56,783 nucleotides of DNA from Folioceros fuciformis (Eukaryota): NCBI GenBank assembly GCA_049999805.1, contig JBNGIO010005918.1:140357-197139 (forward strand). Direction: 5' to 3'. Both the position numbers and the translations under genes were made by a program. Shown piece by piece: positions 11,790-25,379 of the stretch. Numbering within the stretch: the first letter of the stretch is position 1; every line of letters begins with the position of its first letter. A model generated the notes under the pieces. That model saw only the letters and a program-made list of their open reading frames with translations, searched no databases and was not told the origin of the DNA.

Positions 11790-12440
11790 AACCATGATAA
11801 GGACACTAGGGGCTAACCCCCTGAAGTCTAATGACTACAAATAGCACCTAAAACACCATGGTTTGGGAGGATAAAGGGTCTACCTACCACTCGAGTTGGT
11901 AATGCTATCTCTCCTACCAACGTTGTCCTCCGGCATATGGCATTACCCAACTCCCGCTCAAGAGCAATGGAAACCCCTTGCCAAGAAGATGCTATAATAC
12001 ACAAAAGAGGAAGACCAAGCTTATATTTCTGGTTATAAACCGTCTTGGTACAAGACTTCGAAAACGTAGAACCCTTATATATAATGGCCTCCGATCCTAT
12101 TGTTTGTCAACACTGGTGCAGGAAGAACTTATGTGCAAGAGCAACTTATTAGCCTAGCAATTTAACTTTACTAACTACTCATGTGATATGACCTGGTAGT
12201 TCGATTTATAGCCTTTGTTTCATATGTGTTTAAATGCACACCACTTGTGTGTAGAAATATTTATCTTCTTCCAATGAATTTATCATTCAACTTGCACTCA
12301 AATTAATTGGGAGGTGTCAACTCTAGTGGTTGTGGTAGGTAGACCCATGATATCTTGGGTGGTGCTAGTAGTTTTTAGGCTTAGCGGCTTTCGGGCTAGC
12401 TCCCTCACTCACTGGTTAGGATAGATGGTTTCCCATCTTT
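11790..12440. mobile_element. Degenerate foldback/MITE-like element with long imperfect inverted repeats
   Basis: GGTCTACCTACCAC (11877-11890) is the reverse complement of GTGGTAGGTAGACC (12332-12345); the flanking 60-100 bp also pair imperfectly; no TSD identified, ends approximate. Confidence 0.45.
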
Positions 12441-12804
12441 TCTTTTCTCAAGAAAAACAGTGCTCCAATTACGAGTTTGTATAAATTTCAATCTATTTAT
12501 TTTAAAATATTTATTTTTTAAATATATTTTATTGTTATTATTGCACTCTAAACATCACTCTTGCACAAATCATGTTTTATCTAGAACGCCCTCCCGGCCC
12601 TAGGGAGCTCTGTGTCCTCTTCCCAGGGGCGAGGAAAGAACTCCCACAAGTCCGAGTCTACGTCCAAGCTTGTGCACTTGTATCGTTCCGATACAGCCTG
12701 CGCTCATCTTCCCTCGTCAGTATTTATTAAAGCTGGTCCTTCTCTGTACATACCGAAATCTCAATACACGAACGACTGCTCGGGTGTTTACGGCAGCGGG
12801 AGCC

Positions 12805-15800
12805 ATGGCGACTGCACCGGGGCTGGCGCGCAAGCTGAAGAAAGTTTTGGAGACCCGTACCGACTCCCCGGAGCTGCTGCCATCACTGGGAACTCTATCC
12901 ACTTTCTACACCGAAAACACTCTGCAGGCCCGCAGGAATCTGCGAGCGACGATTGAGAAGCGTGCACTGATGATCAATGACGAGTTCCTCAGAGCATCCG
13001 AGTCCGCTCAGAAGGTCTTATATATTGGTCATTGCGTTACAGCCACCTTTCAGACCCCCGCATCCATGCAGCTCCGCACTACGAGAGCTCAGCCCATGGC
13101 GGACTTTCCCTGTCGATCATAGGGTTTTGCTTCAGCAGTATTCATGATTCCGATCTAACGGTTTATGTCAAGGTTCGTGGTCTGAGGTGATCACGTGTGT
13201 GTTGGCTAGGCTTTGGACGTGGTGGAGTTGGAGGTCGCTGGGTTAGCAGAGTGCTGTGACAGGTAAGGTTTCACCTTCAAAATCTTTGGTTCCTATGTTT
13301 GGAAGAAAGTCTGGTCTTCAAGTCTGTGATGGCCTGACTGATCTCACGTCTGTGATGATTTGACAGAATAGCGAAGTCATTGAGCAGCTGGAGTGACACC
13401 ACCGGTGATATAGTGACAGCTACAGACAGGCTCAAGCAGGAGCTTGAAAACACCAACCAGAGACAAGAACTGATTGCAAACTTTCTGCACAATTATCAAC
13501 TCTCTTCTGAGGAGGTATGCATGTTCGTGTGAGCAGGAAGTAACTTCGGGCATCCTACCTCGTTAGGCATAAACATTCGATCCGGCATTCCCAGGTGAAT
13601 GCATTACGTGAAGATGATCTCAACGAGAACTTTTTCAAGGCACTTGCACGTGTGCAAGAGATACATTCTAACTGCAAGGTTCTATTGCGTACGCATCACC
13701 AGGTATTCTCTCTTCTGTCGAAACTTGAGAAATCTTTGACATGTTGATGCCTCTTTAATAAGTGGTGGAGTCCTTCCTTTCGTCAGCGAGCAGGACTGGA
13801 GTTGATGGACATGATGGCTGTTTATCAAGAGGGGGCATATGAGCGACTTTGCAGGTACTCAGTTGCTGTGCAGTCTGAAGTCTTGAAAGCATAGAAGTCT
13901 TGCCCCTATCATAAATAGGTGTTAACTGCAGGAAATTTCCATTGCGCCTATGATCTAATTAGTCATCTTGGTGCCTTTTGTTTCACATGCTGCAGCTCCT
14001 CATGTGCCCGTTTCTCAGTTTGCTGATTCTGGCAGGTGGGTGCAGGCAGAGTGTCGGAGCCTCGGTGATAATGATACCCCTGAAGTCAGTGACCTTCTGA
14101 AAACAGCTGCAGCAGCTTTGAAGGAAAGGCCGGTTCTTTTTAAGTACTGTGCAGAGGAGGTGAGGGGATACCACGCTGTCTATTGTTGTGTATGAGAAGG
14201 CTGCAATCCGATGTCATTTGCAGATTGGTGAAGACCTGCTACTCAGTTAGCTATCTTTGACTGCAAACAACAGGTGGCCAACACAAGACACAACGCCCTG
14301 TTTAGGCGCTTCCTCAGTGCACTTACACGAGGAGGTCCTGGTGGAATGCCCAGACCCATAGAAGTACATGCACCTGACCCGCTCAGATATGTTGGTGATA
14401 TGCTTGCATGGCTTCATCAGGTAAAGCTTGAACAAACTCTCCAGAGTTTTCTAGGATTGCATCTTGAGATGAATTAGTTTGAATTAAGACACATGACTTC
14501 CTCTTGCAAAATTCAACAGGCCCTGGCATCTGAGCATGATCTTGCTCTGGCTCTCTTCAGCACCGATGCCACATTAGCCAATGGCTCTCGGAAGGGCTCA
14601 TTTGATGGTTCAGCATCCAGGCGCTTTTATAGAGAGTTGGATAGAGAGGAGAGCAAGGTTGAGACAGACATGGCTTTTGTACTTGATCGAGTATTTGAGG
14701 GAGTATGCCGGCCCTTCAAAATAAGGGTGGAACAGGTCTTGCAATCACAGCCGGGTCTCCTGTTGGCTTATAAGCTCAGCAATCTACTAGAGTTCTATAC
14801 ACACACCGTAAGTAGTATTGTGTACAGTAACGTGTGACCCATGCCAGGATGGTTCTATCCGCAAGCTTGTGGGCAAACTTGGCAGATGACTTGTTTGGTG
14901 GCAAATTTGCAGGTCTCTGAACTACTTGGGCATGGTGCAGCTCTTTCAGTAACAGTGAGAGATTTAACAGATGTCTCCAGGCGGACATTCTTTGATATCA
15001 TGAAGGTGCATGGAGAGAAGCTTTTGAGATATCCATCTCCTGTCGCAGCTGACCTGTCACCTCCTGCAGCAGTAGGGGAAGGAGTTTCATTGTTGCTAGA
15101 ACTTATTGACAACTACGAGAGGATGATGGTCCCGGCGGGGGGCAGCAAACCAGACTTTGATCCAGTTATTGATGCTATTCTGAACCCTTTGAAGCAAGTG
15201 AGTTCTCATGCAGCCAGCACCAGAGAATTTTACGTAAACTGGAGAACACAAAGCTAATTATCTGTGTGGATATCTACAACAGATGTGTGAACGGGCTGCA
15301 GAGTCATACGTGGGGAAACCTCAAATGACACACGTCAGGAAACTTAGCAGTGGTGGTGTAGACACTGGTCGCAGCTCTGGGACTCAACGCAGGGCTAATA
15401 CGGTTGAGACTATCCTGACTGGGTCACACATCTCCATCCCGATGCAAGTAGGAGTCATTCCAGTTTCTATTTGCACTCCCTTCCCAAGCACGTCCCTGCG
15501 TATGCCCTCCTCCTTGGAATTAATACGTGCGTGGTTTGATTGCAGGGAGTGACGGCCTTGCGACGCATTTTCTTGGTGAACTGCTTTTCAGCTATGCAGC
15601 AGCCTATGTCGTCACATGCTGTTGCGGGAAGGTGTGTGAAAGCACTGGGAAATCTGATTGAGGGACACATGACAGCACTTGTGGACCAGGAATCCAGTGC
15701 GATTCTTGAAAGGTGTGGCCTCAACAAAAAGTTGCAGTATATCAGTGAACATGAATCAGTGGCATCTGGGCTTGCGGAAACAGTGGCAAACGGAGCCGAC

Positions 15801-16085
15801 GTCCACCCGGTGGGTGATGTCAATGAGTTGTCCCCTCTAGCGGTTGCCGAGTCTCTGCGGACTTTCTTTGGCCTCTTGGCAACAAAGGAGGGGGCCGTAC
15901 GAGAATTTGAGCAGATCCAGGTTCCGCGTCTTAGGAGTGAAGCGAGCAGCAGAGTGGCGAGGGCTTTGGCGTCTGGTTATGAGGCGCTGTATCTGGCTGT
16001 CAGTAACCCTGCAAATGGTTACCCGGATCCTAAGACACTGCTCAGGCACACTCCCGAGCAGGTCCGGACTATGCTTGGGATTTAA
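12805..16085 (+). CDS. COG6: Conserved oligomeric Golgi complex subunit 6; 11 exons: 12805-13014, 13210-13262, 13367-13514, 13595-13702, 13787-13854, 14036-14159, 14274-14420, 14520-14807, 14913-15197, 15283-15447, 15546-16085 (711 aa)
   Basis: [64 protein letters not shown]-terminal [12 protein letters not shown]; all introns GT-AG with consistent phases, total 2136 nt. Confidence 0.95.
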
Positions 16086-19000
16086 GTTCTGGATCCAGAA
16101 ATCCCGCCGAGCGTGAGGGTAATGGATGTCTTTGCGGCCGATTGTTTCCCTTTGGCTCGCGGACCAGTGCCTTGATGGTCCTGGTTGGACACGCTCCACG
16201 TTGCTGCAAGCTGGAAACTTGCCAAAGACGGCCGGCTCTGACATCAGCGTCGTCCGTGGATTGTGGGATTGTGGTAACGGCGAGGAGAGGGTGGAGCTCA
16301 CAGAATGCCACTTCCTCACAGCGGTCCACATACTCTAGATTTGCTGGGAGGGCTACAAGTGTCCAAATGTATCGGACGGACAAACAGTGAAAGCGAAATT
16401 GGAATCCGCATCCCGCTTTTGTATGTTTGTTTCACAGCTGTAGGCCTGGTGCAGCTGTGCAGAGCTCCAGCCACCCGCGGACGGGAGAGGTGGGGTCGTC
16501 ACGTACGGCCTAATTATTACGGATCTCCTGACAGAGGAGCACGGGATTCCCGTGAGGTCAAATTGCACACGAAATGGGATTTGCTTTTCACCGCGGTTCG
16601 CGTTCATTCATGTGGATGTACATATTTACGGTGGTTCGGAGTTCGAGCTGTGGGTCCCAAAGATTCCATATATAATTGCCCCATTATCCGCCTCATTGCG
16701 TTCCGTTTGGAGAGTAATGGCGCGTAATGTACAGTATATCCGGAAACCGGTACTAGTCCCGCGGGCGATTCGACGTCGCAAGGTCGCGACTCGCGGGGAA
16801 GCAGGGGAGTGGGAACGACAGCACCCGACCACCAAACCGGCAAACAGGGGGCAGCAGGAGCATTAGCACTGCAGGCATCGGGTAGGCAATTATGTACAAT
16901 CGGTCTTCGCCGTCGCTGGCATGTCTGCCGCTGTTTCTTTGTGAGGAGATCCGTCTCTCCCGGCCGGCCCGACCCCAGCTTCAGGCTGGCAGATCTCCGG
17001 TGCAAGATGTGGGCGTGGGCAGCTTCTGTCAACAGCCCCGTCCATTGCGTGGCTAACCGAATTTGCTCTTCTCTACGTTGGGACTAGTGCCCGAGAAGCA
17101 ATCCACCCCACAAAGTCATATCAGGTTTTTGCCGCACTTTCTCTCTGACAAGCTGTGAAACCTTGTGTGCTCTTCCTTGGTAGAGAAATGTGTGCTTGTT
17201 AGCCATGCCGTCATGAGGTCAGGGTAAGCAAGATGTGTCTGCGCGCATCAAGTCTTCATGCATGCGATTCCAACTCAGCCTCCAGACTGCACCACTGTTT
17301 GAAGCTCTCTATCTAGCTAGTAGCTTCACACAACTTGCATCCACCGACTCTTGCTTGCCGTGTGCAGGGTGAACGTGAACCTGTGCCCAGGATCCACCCT
17401 CCGATCGCCCAAAACTTCAACCGGTACCAACCGCACAATTTTGCGGTATGCTTTCCCGCCCATATGCATACCCTCTGCTTGCTCTGGCCAGGGTGAAGGG
17501 GATCACGCGATGTTCGACCTCGACCTCACGTCTTTGCGTCAACTGGCCTTGTTTGTTGGACGCCAGATCTAGACTGGTGCAAAATACTGGCGTCTGCCTT
17601 CCGTCAAGTGGTGATCCTCATTACCACCGCGAGGCTGAAGGCTACTACATGTATACAAAGGCTTGCAACGTCTGCCTTAATTTCAAGGTGCGAAGTCACA
17701 CTTGAGGACACCTCGTGTTGCAGGGCTCCAGAAGCTCAAGGCTGTTTCCAGCACTCTATTTTAAGAGCTTTGAGGATCGGACTGGGCAAGTGCTTTGGAT
17801 CCGTGGAGCTGCGTGCAGGCATACTTGAACAAATGACGTATCCGAGGGTTTGAGGAGGACAGCATCATGCACGACCTGACCAACAGCATCCTCGGTGGCT
17901 TTGTTTCATGCCCTTTGGCGCACGACAGTAACTCTCCATCGACAAGTGCAGGTATCCGTAGTACTAGACCTTGCTCCAAGAAGGTGCGCCTGCCTTGCGA
18001 TTCACAGATAAGCTAGCGGAACTCTCTCGGTCGATTATGCGTGGTCTGCTCCTTGTGACAATCGTTGCCTTAACCTGCTGTCAACGATTACTTTCGAGGA
18101 ACTGTTTGCTTACAGGATCTCAGCTTGTTAATATCCAGGAGCCCGGTCTGTCTCTAACACGTTCCCATGTTCTGAAATCGTGACAGTATCCTTACGGACA
18201 GAGTCTTGTATTCTGAACTGAATGGAATTACGACACTGGACACTGACGCAAGGTCTATTGCCATCAGTGTTTGCTTGCCCTGTGCGGATATTTTTCTTCC
18301 ACCCACTTGTCGCAATCCATTCTAGAGCGTCCCGGTTTCGTGACACTGACCTAATTCCCGCAGCTTCGAGGAATACAGACCACGTGCGATAGCGGCTCTG
18401 CAAGTCTTAGCTCTTGCAACTGCAAGACTAGCAGTTTTCTCTCTACCTGCGCGCCGTATTTAGACTTGACCGCCAATTCTCCTTGTGTCAACAATCACCT
18501 GCCAGAGCTAGGTTTGGTAGCTAGATTCTGAATGTGACTGTCGATCTCTACGTCGGTGACCAGCAGAATTAATTTTTTGGAATCTTCTCAAAATTTAGTG
18601 ATGTCTTGGACTTTCTCTCACCATAGTCGTCGGTGGGTTCATGTCCCTGGCTGTAAAATGATGTTGTGCTGTCGTCATGTACGTGAAACCTGGTGTTGGA
18701 CAGATTCTTTCCTAAAGTATGGAGGCAGAGCAGGTGTTGAGAGCTTCCGTTAACAACAGTGTACTTAGTTGTCAATTACAGGACGCCGGGGGGTGGACGT
18801 TGCCCATTCCTACCCGAGCATGTGTTTAGTAAACAGTAGATGTCACTGTAGTTCTAAACGGTTGGGTCCGTTTTTGCTCTCTCCCATTATCCTTCGCAAT
18901 CTCTCTAGATAAGCGCTTCCTCTTTCACCGCTCCTTAGAAATAACAGTACCTCTTAATAGTAATAACGTTGCGTCGACTCTAATTGGGAACCCATCCCAA

Positions 19001-19179
19001 AAGCTCTTGCCTACCCCCAATTGCATAGCACTCGTCTCAAGCTCTACCTACGCCTTCATGCCAATGCCTTACATTCCAAACCTGCGAAGTTTGTTTTAAA
19101 TGATGATATTTGTTGCATTAGTAAACAACTACCATCAGCCCAAAAAACTTATGGGCATAACATGGAAAGTATGACGGTT

Positions 19180-21060
19180 TAGCCTCCACTTCTATGCACC
19201 ACAAATGGAGTCAAGCTACAACTGGGTTGGCCCACTCCTTCCGTCAATGGGGGTCGCCCTTTCCTTCCCCAACCTTTTTTTTCTGGTAGGCGCCTCCCCA
19301 TGGTCAGCACCCTGTGGCCTACTTCGCGTCTGGACGGCCATGATGGGTGTTTCTCCATAGTACCCGTCATTGAGGCCTTCTAATCCCTCTAACTTCCTTA
19401 GCATGCTAGCTTCAGCGTCCTCCCATACTGCCATAAGCGCGTCCTTGATCTGCACTATTGGGTCTACCTTTGGGCCAAGTGGTGAGGCGGCTACAACTGG
19501 GGGCTGGGCAATCCTCACGTGCTTCCCTGTTGTTGGGCAGAGAACGCTGCCGGCCTGAAGCCCTGATTGCTTGCAGTCGGTGCATAGCCTTTTGAAATCA
19601 CCATTCCCTTGTCGCGTCGCCGAGGGACAACTTCTTGCGAAATGTCCAAACCCCCCGGCAGTTGTAACATTGAATGGTGGTTAGCTATCTAGGATTCCTC
19701 GTCATTTGGTTTCGCATCCCCATGGTCGCCAATTTTTGCAGGTTCGGAGGATATGCTGTCTTTGGATATCCTACCATTGGTGCCGCCTCCTAGATCTGGT
19801 AAGTGTCCTCCAGATACGTCTCTTCCCCTTCTTCCTCATAGTCCAACAGCTGCACCTTCATATGTGGGCAGCTTGCCCTTGAGTGTCCTTGCTGGCCACA
19901 AGTTGAACAGTACAGCTTTGCTCGACCCCCTGTAGCGACCCTCCGCCTTTCGTGGTCCTTTATCACATTAATGTGGAGCTTCTCCAATTTGGCCATCATT
20001 TCCTCCATCTTGTTTCCCTGTTGTTTCGCTTTCTTGGCCGCCGTCTCCACCGCCTTTCTTGCATGTTCGGCGTCTCTCCTGGCGCTCAAAACTTCCTGCT
20101 TTGCCTTTGCCAGCTCCCTTCCTGAGTGTGGGCTTCCATTCCATCCCACTTTTGGGTGTCCTTTTTTTCTTCCTCCGGCTGCGCTTGTCACCAGATGATT
20201 CTTCCTCAGAACTGTCGATGTCCTCTCCTGGGGAGCTGTTGGACGAGTCCCTAGGAGAGCTTTCCCCCTCCGTCAATTCACCCTCCGAGGACGAGGAGTA
20301 TTTTTTTTCTTCTAAACTTTCTTCTTACCTCCCCGATTCTTCCTCTCCTCCTTCCAGGATTTCTTCCTCTCCTCTGCGTTGGACTCCTCATAATTTAGTG
20401 CAGCCCGGATTCCTCGTTCCAAATCCTTTTATGCCTGAAGACATACTTGCCTCCCCGTTTCTGTGCCTAGACCTCTAGCAAACTATTGTATGGCCATGAG
20501 CTTTGAATGAGGGCTAGTGCGGTCCCGCAAACTGTGAAATTGTTCCACAGGCATGCAATGTTTCCTTCGCAGTCTCTCGAGTTTGGACAGAACATACCCC
20601 TCCACATCCACGCCTCGAAACCTCTCATAGAAAGCTATTTTTAGCGCGTCAAAGGTAGTTTGGTGGGGTGGACAACTTGAGGTACTCCCGCTTGTACCAC
20701 TTGGCCACAGCTCCTCGCAGGACTCTGAAAAATAGCTGAACGCGCTGCGCGTCTCTGGCTTCCTGGTTAGCAATAGTCAGCTGCTCAAACCGCTCCACAA
20801 AGTCATCAGGATCCTCATACCCCTTCTTTTCCCCATATAGTGGGTAGGACTCCTTCGCAGTCACAACGACACGGGTAGTAGCCATTGCTACCGTGGTAGT
20901 GGTTACAACAACTATAGTAGCAGATGCAAGTACCACGCTTGAATTGACTTCTACACCCACAAAATTTGTCTGGATTGACATTGAGCGAGGCAATCTGGAA
21001 TGGGGGTCAACCAGCAGGCTCGGATTAGGGTACCTGGGCCCAGATACCTCCTCCAAACCC
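19180..21060 (-). mobile_element. Ty3/gypsy gag remnant (capsid-like region plus CCHC zinc knuckles), broken by frameshifts and stops; no pol follows
   Basis: EDPDDFVERFE..LRGAVAKWY..FDALKIAFYERF; zinc knuckles CSTCGQQGHSRASC and CYNCRGFGHFARSC; AVQTRS motif; lies downstream of a PBS. Confidence 0.8.
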
Positions 21061-21365
21061 GAGAGTTGCGGATCTGACTCAAATGAAATCTGACCTTCAA
21101 TTCCAGGCTAGCTCCTTGTCCCTCTTCCTTGTGCAGCAGGTGTATTCTCCCGTTGCAACCTTCTGGCAACTCTCTGCAACCTCTCTGCTATCTGGCATTG
21201 CCGCTTTGCCAAAGGCACTTTTGCACAATCAGGCTTAGAGTTGCTGGTCTTCACCCGAGGCATCCATCAACCTATCACTACCTAGACTCTCTATTCATGC
21301 TACTCTATCTAGACTCTCTATTCAGGGATTGGTTACTCCTACCTACGTTCTTGACAACAATACAT

Positions 21366-21383
21366 TCCCCAGCAACAGCGCCA
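21366..21383 (-). promoter_or_regulatory. Primer binding site complementary to the tRNA-Asp 3' end
   Basis: TGGCGCTGTTGCTGGGGA, 3 nt after an LTR end ..CCACA; differs from TGGCGCCGTTGCCGGGGA (Athila-type PBS) by two CpG-type transitions. Confidence 0.85.
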
Positions 21384-21386
21384 AAA

Positions 21387-23242
21387 TGTGGAGTAAAATG
21401 TTGTGTCCGGGGACATCACGAGGCCCACACAAACTCTCTATGTCGTTGTAGCCATGGGATTCGATCCCAAGGGAACGATTTGTGCCAAGTAACACAAGTC
21501 TCTTCTACTACTGGCTCTTGCCTAGGTCAGACCTTATCCCCTACCGCTTCTACTACCTGCTGGCTCCCTACCACTACCCCCAGTTAGCCTAGCTACTGCG
21601 GACCCTACTCTACGACTCTAGTCCCTACTCTACGACCGCGGTTGTGGTCTTCGCGACCACTAGTAGCATCCACGACCGGTAGTGGGTTTCACGACCACAG
21701 TGGGTCCCACCCAGAACCTAACTAATATTTTTTGGCTCAGGTGCCGTCGTGGGTTTCCACACGGGTTTCTACTCTAGGGGTTTCCAGACTCACAGGTCGG
21801 GCTTATTAGGGCTCTCCATTCAGGCAGGGGCTAATCTTTCAGGGTCAAATCCCCGCAGGCCACTACACCTCCTCTCACACCTATGTACGCATACACACAA
21901 ACACACACACACACACACACCAGGGTTCTAGCGAACACCCGTTCCTCACAGGTCCGTCCCCAAACCTCTCCAATCCTCTAACAATGTCCACCAATCTCCA
22001 AAAATTTCCCAGCAATCAGCCACAATCTTCCACAGCCTAAACGTTTCTTTCACAACATCCCAAAATCTCTCAACTCACTCTTCTGTATTCGCAAATCAGG
22101 GAATCAGGGAGGGAGGAATTCTCCCTCCACTCTGCGCAGCAGGCGGATTCGTTCCCCTCTCCTCGACTCACGGCCAGAAGACCTTCCTCTCACACACTCA
22201 CTCCTTCACCCTCCTTCTCCTTACACATGCTCTTCTTCACACTCGCTTCTCACACACACTCTCTTCTTCAACCTCGCTTCTTACACACTTCTCACAGCAT
22301 ATTGTAAATGCAACCAAAGGATCAGAGAATAAGGGAAGGGGGAGATCCCCTTCCACTCTGTGCACTGGCAGATTCGTTTCCATTGCCTCAGCTATAGTCC
22401 ACAGGCAGTTGTTTAGGGAATAAGGGAAGGAGTAGCTCTCTTCCACTCTACGCGACAAGTAGATTCGTCCCCATTACTCCACACCGTGGATCACAACGAA
22501 TAACTTGGGGGATAGAGGAAGGTGACCTTCCACTGAGCAGAGGTTCCACTGATTCGTCTCCCTCACCACCCGTTGTGGAGCAAGAACTCTCGGCTTTCCC
22601 TCCGGGGTGTCGCGCCTGCACAGCCCACCCACACCTCCCTTGTCTTAGACATGGACAGCACGAGGACCTTACTGGGAGCGGGTCACCGATTGTTTGCTGA
22701 TTAGCGAGGCGCCAACAAGCCTCTTTGTACACCCTCATCAGGCGGGATCATTGCCGCCATAAAGTTTGGTCTCCGGCAGTCAAGCGCTCTTAATTACGAG
22801 TGGTACCAAGTCCAAGAAAGCATCTCCATCAGATCTTAACTAAATATTATTCTAAGATGCAATGAATTCTGGCCTATCCTACTACCGCGCTCGCTTTCTA
22901 CTCGGTCTCGGTGCACTCCTGCCCTGGCCACCAAATCCCCGCGCCCTCTCTTTCTCGTCGCTGGTCAGGCAAGTCCTCGCATAAAACCTCTACCTTGCTC
23001 CTGCTGGCGCCTGACTTCTCTTGTTGAGATACGGGAGGGGCCCATCGTGGAGTCCTTTCTTCATCACCCGGCAGCCTATTGCTGAGAACCATCACGGGTT
23101 CTTGCTCCACCCATGCTTGCACTTCCTCCTCCGTCAATTCCTCTAGGACTGCCTCCAAATAATAAGGGGGCAGTCCCCACACCCGAAAGTAGTGGGAGAA
23201 GCATCCCCCGCGAGTCCTCAGTTGTAGGCAGTAAGCCCTGGT
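21387..23242 (-). repeat. Gypsy LTR-containing repeat, copy A (LTR 3' end at 21387; LTR 5' boundary not determined)
   Basis: Starts TGTGGAGTAAAATGTTGTGTCC on + as does 29690; patchy homology with 29690-31472 up to ..GCCCTGGT; includes a (CA)n run near 21892-21920. Confidence 0.75.
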
Positions 23243-25379
23243 CCCTCCTATTTCCACACGCACATGGATAGTCAGATTAAGCACATGGTCCCCATTCACA
23301 TAGAGGCCAAGAACATAAGTTTCCTCATCCAGATGCTGTAATACAATCTGGCCTCATGTTGCAGATGAGGTGCTTACCCCCTCCTCCCATGGGCTACCTC
23401 GAACTGCCTGTCTTCTGCTCTCCAGGGGTATTGGAAAATCTTTTGCCCCTCTAGTCGCCACTGCTGTCAGTCCCGTCCTTCTGGCGCGGGTTGGCATCCC
23501 CACTCTCCCGGTCGCTGGCTCCACGACCGTTGTTGCTTCCTCTACCCCGATAGGGCTGTCCTCTATCAACGTGGATTCCCTCTGACCGGTAGACTACCTC
23601 GGTCGCGGACTGGTTGTTCCATCTAGCCTTCCCTTTCCCTTTTACCCTCCGGGCCTCATCTCGTTCCCGTTTATACCGGTCCGCTAGCTTCTGGACCTTC
23701 TCCACTACAGCTGCCTCCTACTCCTGTGCCCTCAACAACTCCTGTTGCATCTCCTGGTTAGCCTTGTAGACCTCCTTGACTTGGGTTAAAAGCAGCTCCT
23801 GCTGATCCTTCATGGCTTGCATTTCTTCCCAAGCCCTGCGTATTTCCTCCTGTACTTGTTCCTTTGCTTCACACAGGGCTTGCTGAGCTTCCTCTAGTTG
23901 TCTCTACCTTGCTTCTACTTTAGTCAGTTTGGCTTGCACTTCTTCCTTCTTCCCCTGCATGCTCAGCCAGGTCAGCGCCTGTGCAGCTTGGTCCAACATG
24001 TCTGCCTATGCCCGAACTTTGGCCGCTATTAGCCCTGGCAAATCCACCTGTTGGGGTGCATCTCCAATAGCCATTCCTCTGTCCAGGATTCCCCTTCCCA
24101 GCAGTGTGCACACCCTGGTCAGATCCTCCTCCTGCAATCTCGCCACTAAGGGAGTGGCCCTGAAAAGCTCCTCCCACCCCGGAAAGTGCTCTTCCCCCAG
24201 GGTCAGCCCTAATTTCCCTACCACTGCATCCGGTTTCAATTCTTCTGTTGGCGATGATTCCCTAGTTCGGCTGACGATGTACCTATCTGTCCATCGCTTA
24301 ATTTTCGGGTCAAATCTTGCGGCGAAGAATCCCTGGTTCGGCTGAAGATGTACTTGTCTGTCCATCGCTTAATTTTTGGGTCAAATCTTGAGGCGCTGAA
24401 TCCCCTGCCACCCTAGTGGTACACCTACTGACCTTTCTCCTTTTCGCAGGGGTCTTCTGCCCGGCCCTTGCCTTCCTCTTCCTGCCAACGTTAGCCTCCT
24501 CACCTGAACTCCCTGTTGCTCCCGACTCCTAGCTGTTGGACTCGGCCTCCTCCTCGGTTTCCTCGCCTTCCACAAGTGCAATGAGGCCACTACCTCTATT
24601 TCTGGTAGACTGTTAGCATGGCAAGGCAAATGAACAAGGAAGGGGGAGATCAGAGATAGACGGGGTGTTGGTGAAGCCAGGTTATGTCTCTCTTCGTTCA
24701 GTCGATCGAAGATAATTTTCCCATAGTTGATTCGGCTCCCCTTGACCACTTCGTGCAGGAATAGCAGCATGTGGTCCGACAAATAATCCTGCTTCCTGTT
24801 TTGCAAAAAGCACAAAAGCCACCTGGCCAAGCCCATGAGCTGGGCAGTTGCCATCTCCCGCGCCAACCACCCATTAGCCTCCCTTCTGATTCCGGTCTTG
24901 AACAGCACTGCTGCTGCTGCTGTGGTGCTGCGCTTCCTTAGGGACTCGATTACGAGTCCCCCAGCTTCCTCTTGGCTTCGCCCATATACCGTTCTGACCA
25001 GCTCGACATCCAAGTCCTGGGGTCTATCCTTGGCCCCTTCCCCTTTGATCCTGTTCCATAACTGGTGCGCACACTCCTGCACCGAAACGGGGGTCACATG
25101 GTTCCACCTCTTGGTCATGAACCCGAGGCCTAGCTCTTCTACCAGCCCTCCGGCTCTGGCCTTCCAATGGTCCATATTGGGCTAGAGAGCCACCTCCACT
25201 TGAGGCACTGGCTTCAGAGCTGCATCTCTGGAGGTTGCCGCCGGCGCCGAGTCCTCAATCGCTCTCTCCATCAAGCTATGCTCCGGCGCCGCTGTCTTCC
25301 CTAGTACCCATGTGCTCCGCTCCTCTTTAGGTTCGCCCCAGCAACCACGGCGCTTAGGTTCTACCTCCGCCTCGTTCAC
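22898..25379 (-). pseudogene. Decayed LTR-retrotransposon accessory ORF (globular N-terminal domain plus coiled coil)
   Basis: Fragmented minus-strand ORFs (KGSRINYGKIIFDRL..ISPFLVHL; E/Q/K-rich coiled coil about 23590-24000); about 70 bp internal tandem duplication at 24276-24405; tail shared with 31111-31472. Confidence 0.6.

Noticed and set aside
16800-18800. Gene-like GC content with several splice-like signals downstream of COG6
   Set aside because: No coherent ORF, domain or known miRNA could be assembled; may be a lncRNA or pseudogene and needs RNA-seq
22098-22562. Hammerhead ribozyme interpretation of the repeated junction motif
   Set aside because: CUGANGA and GAAA..UH cores are absent on both strands
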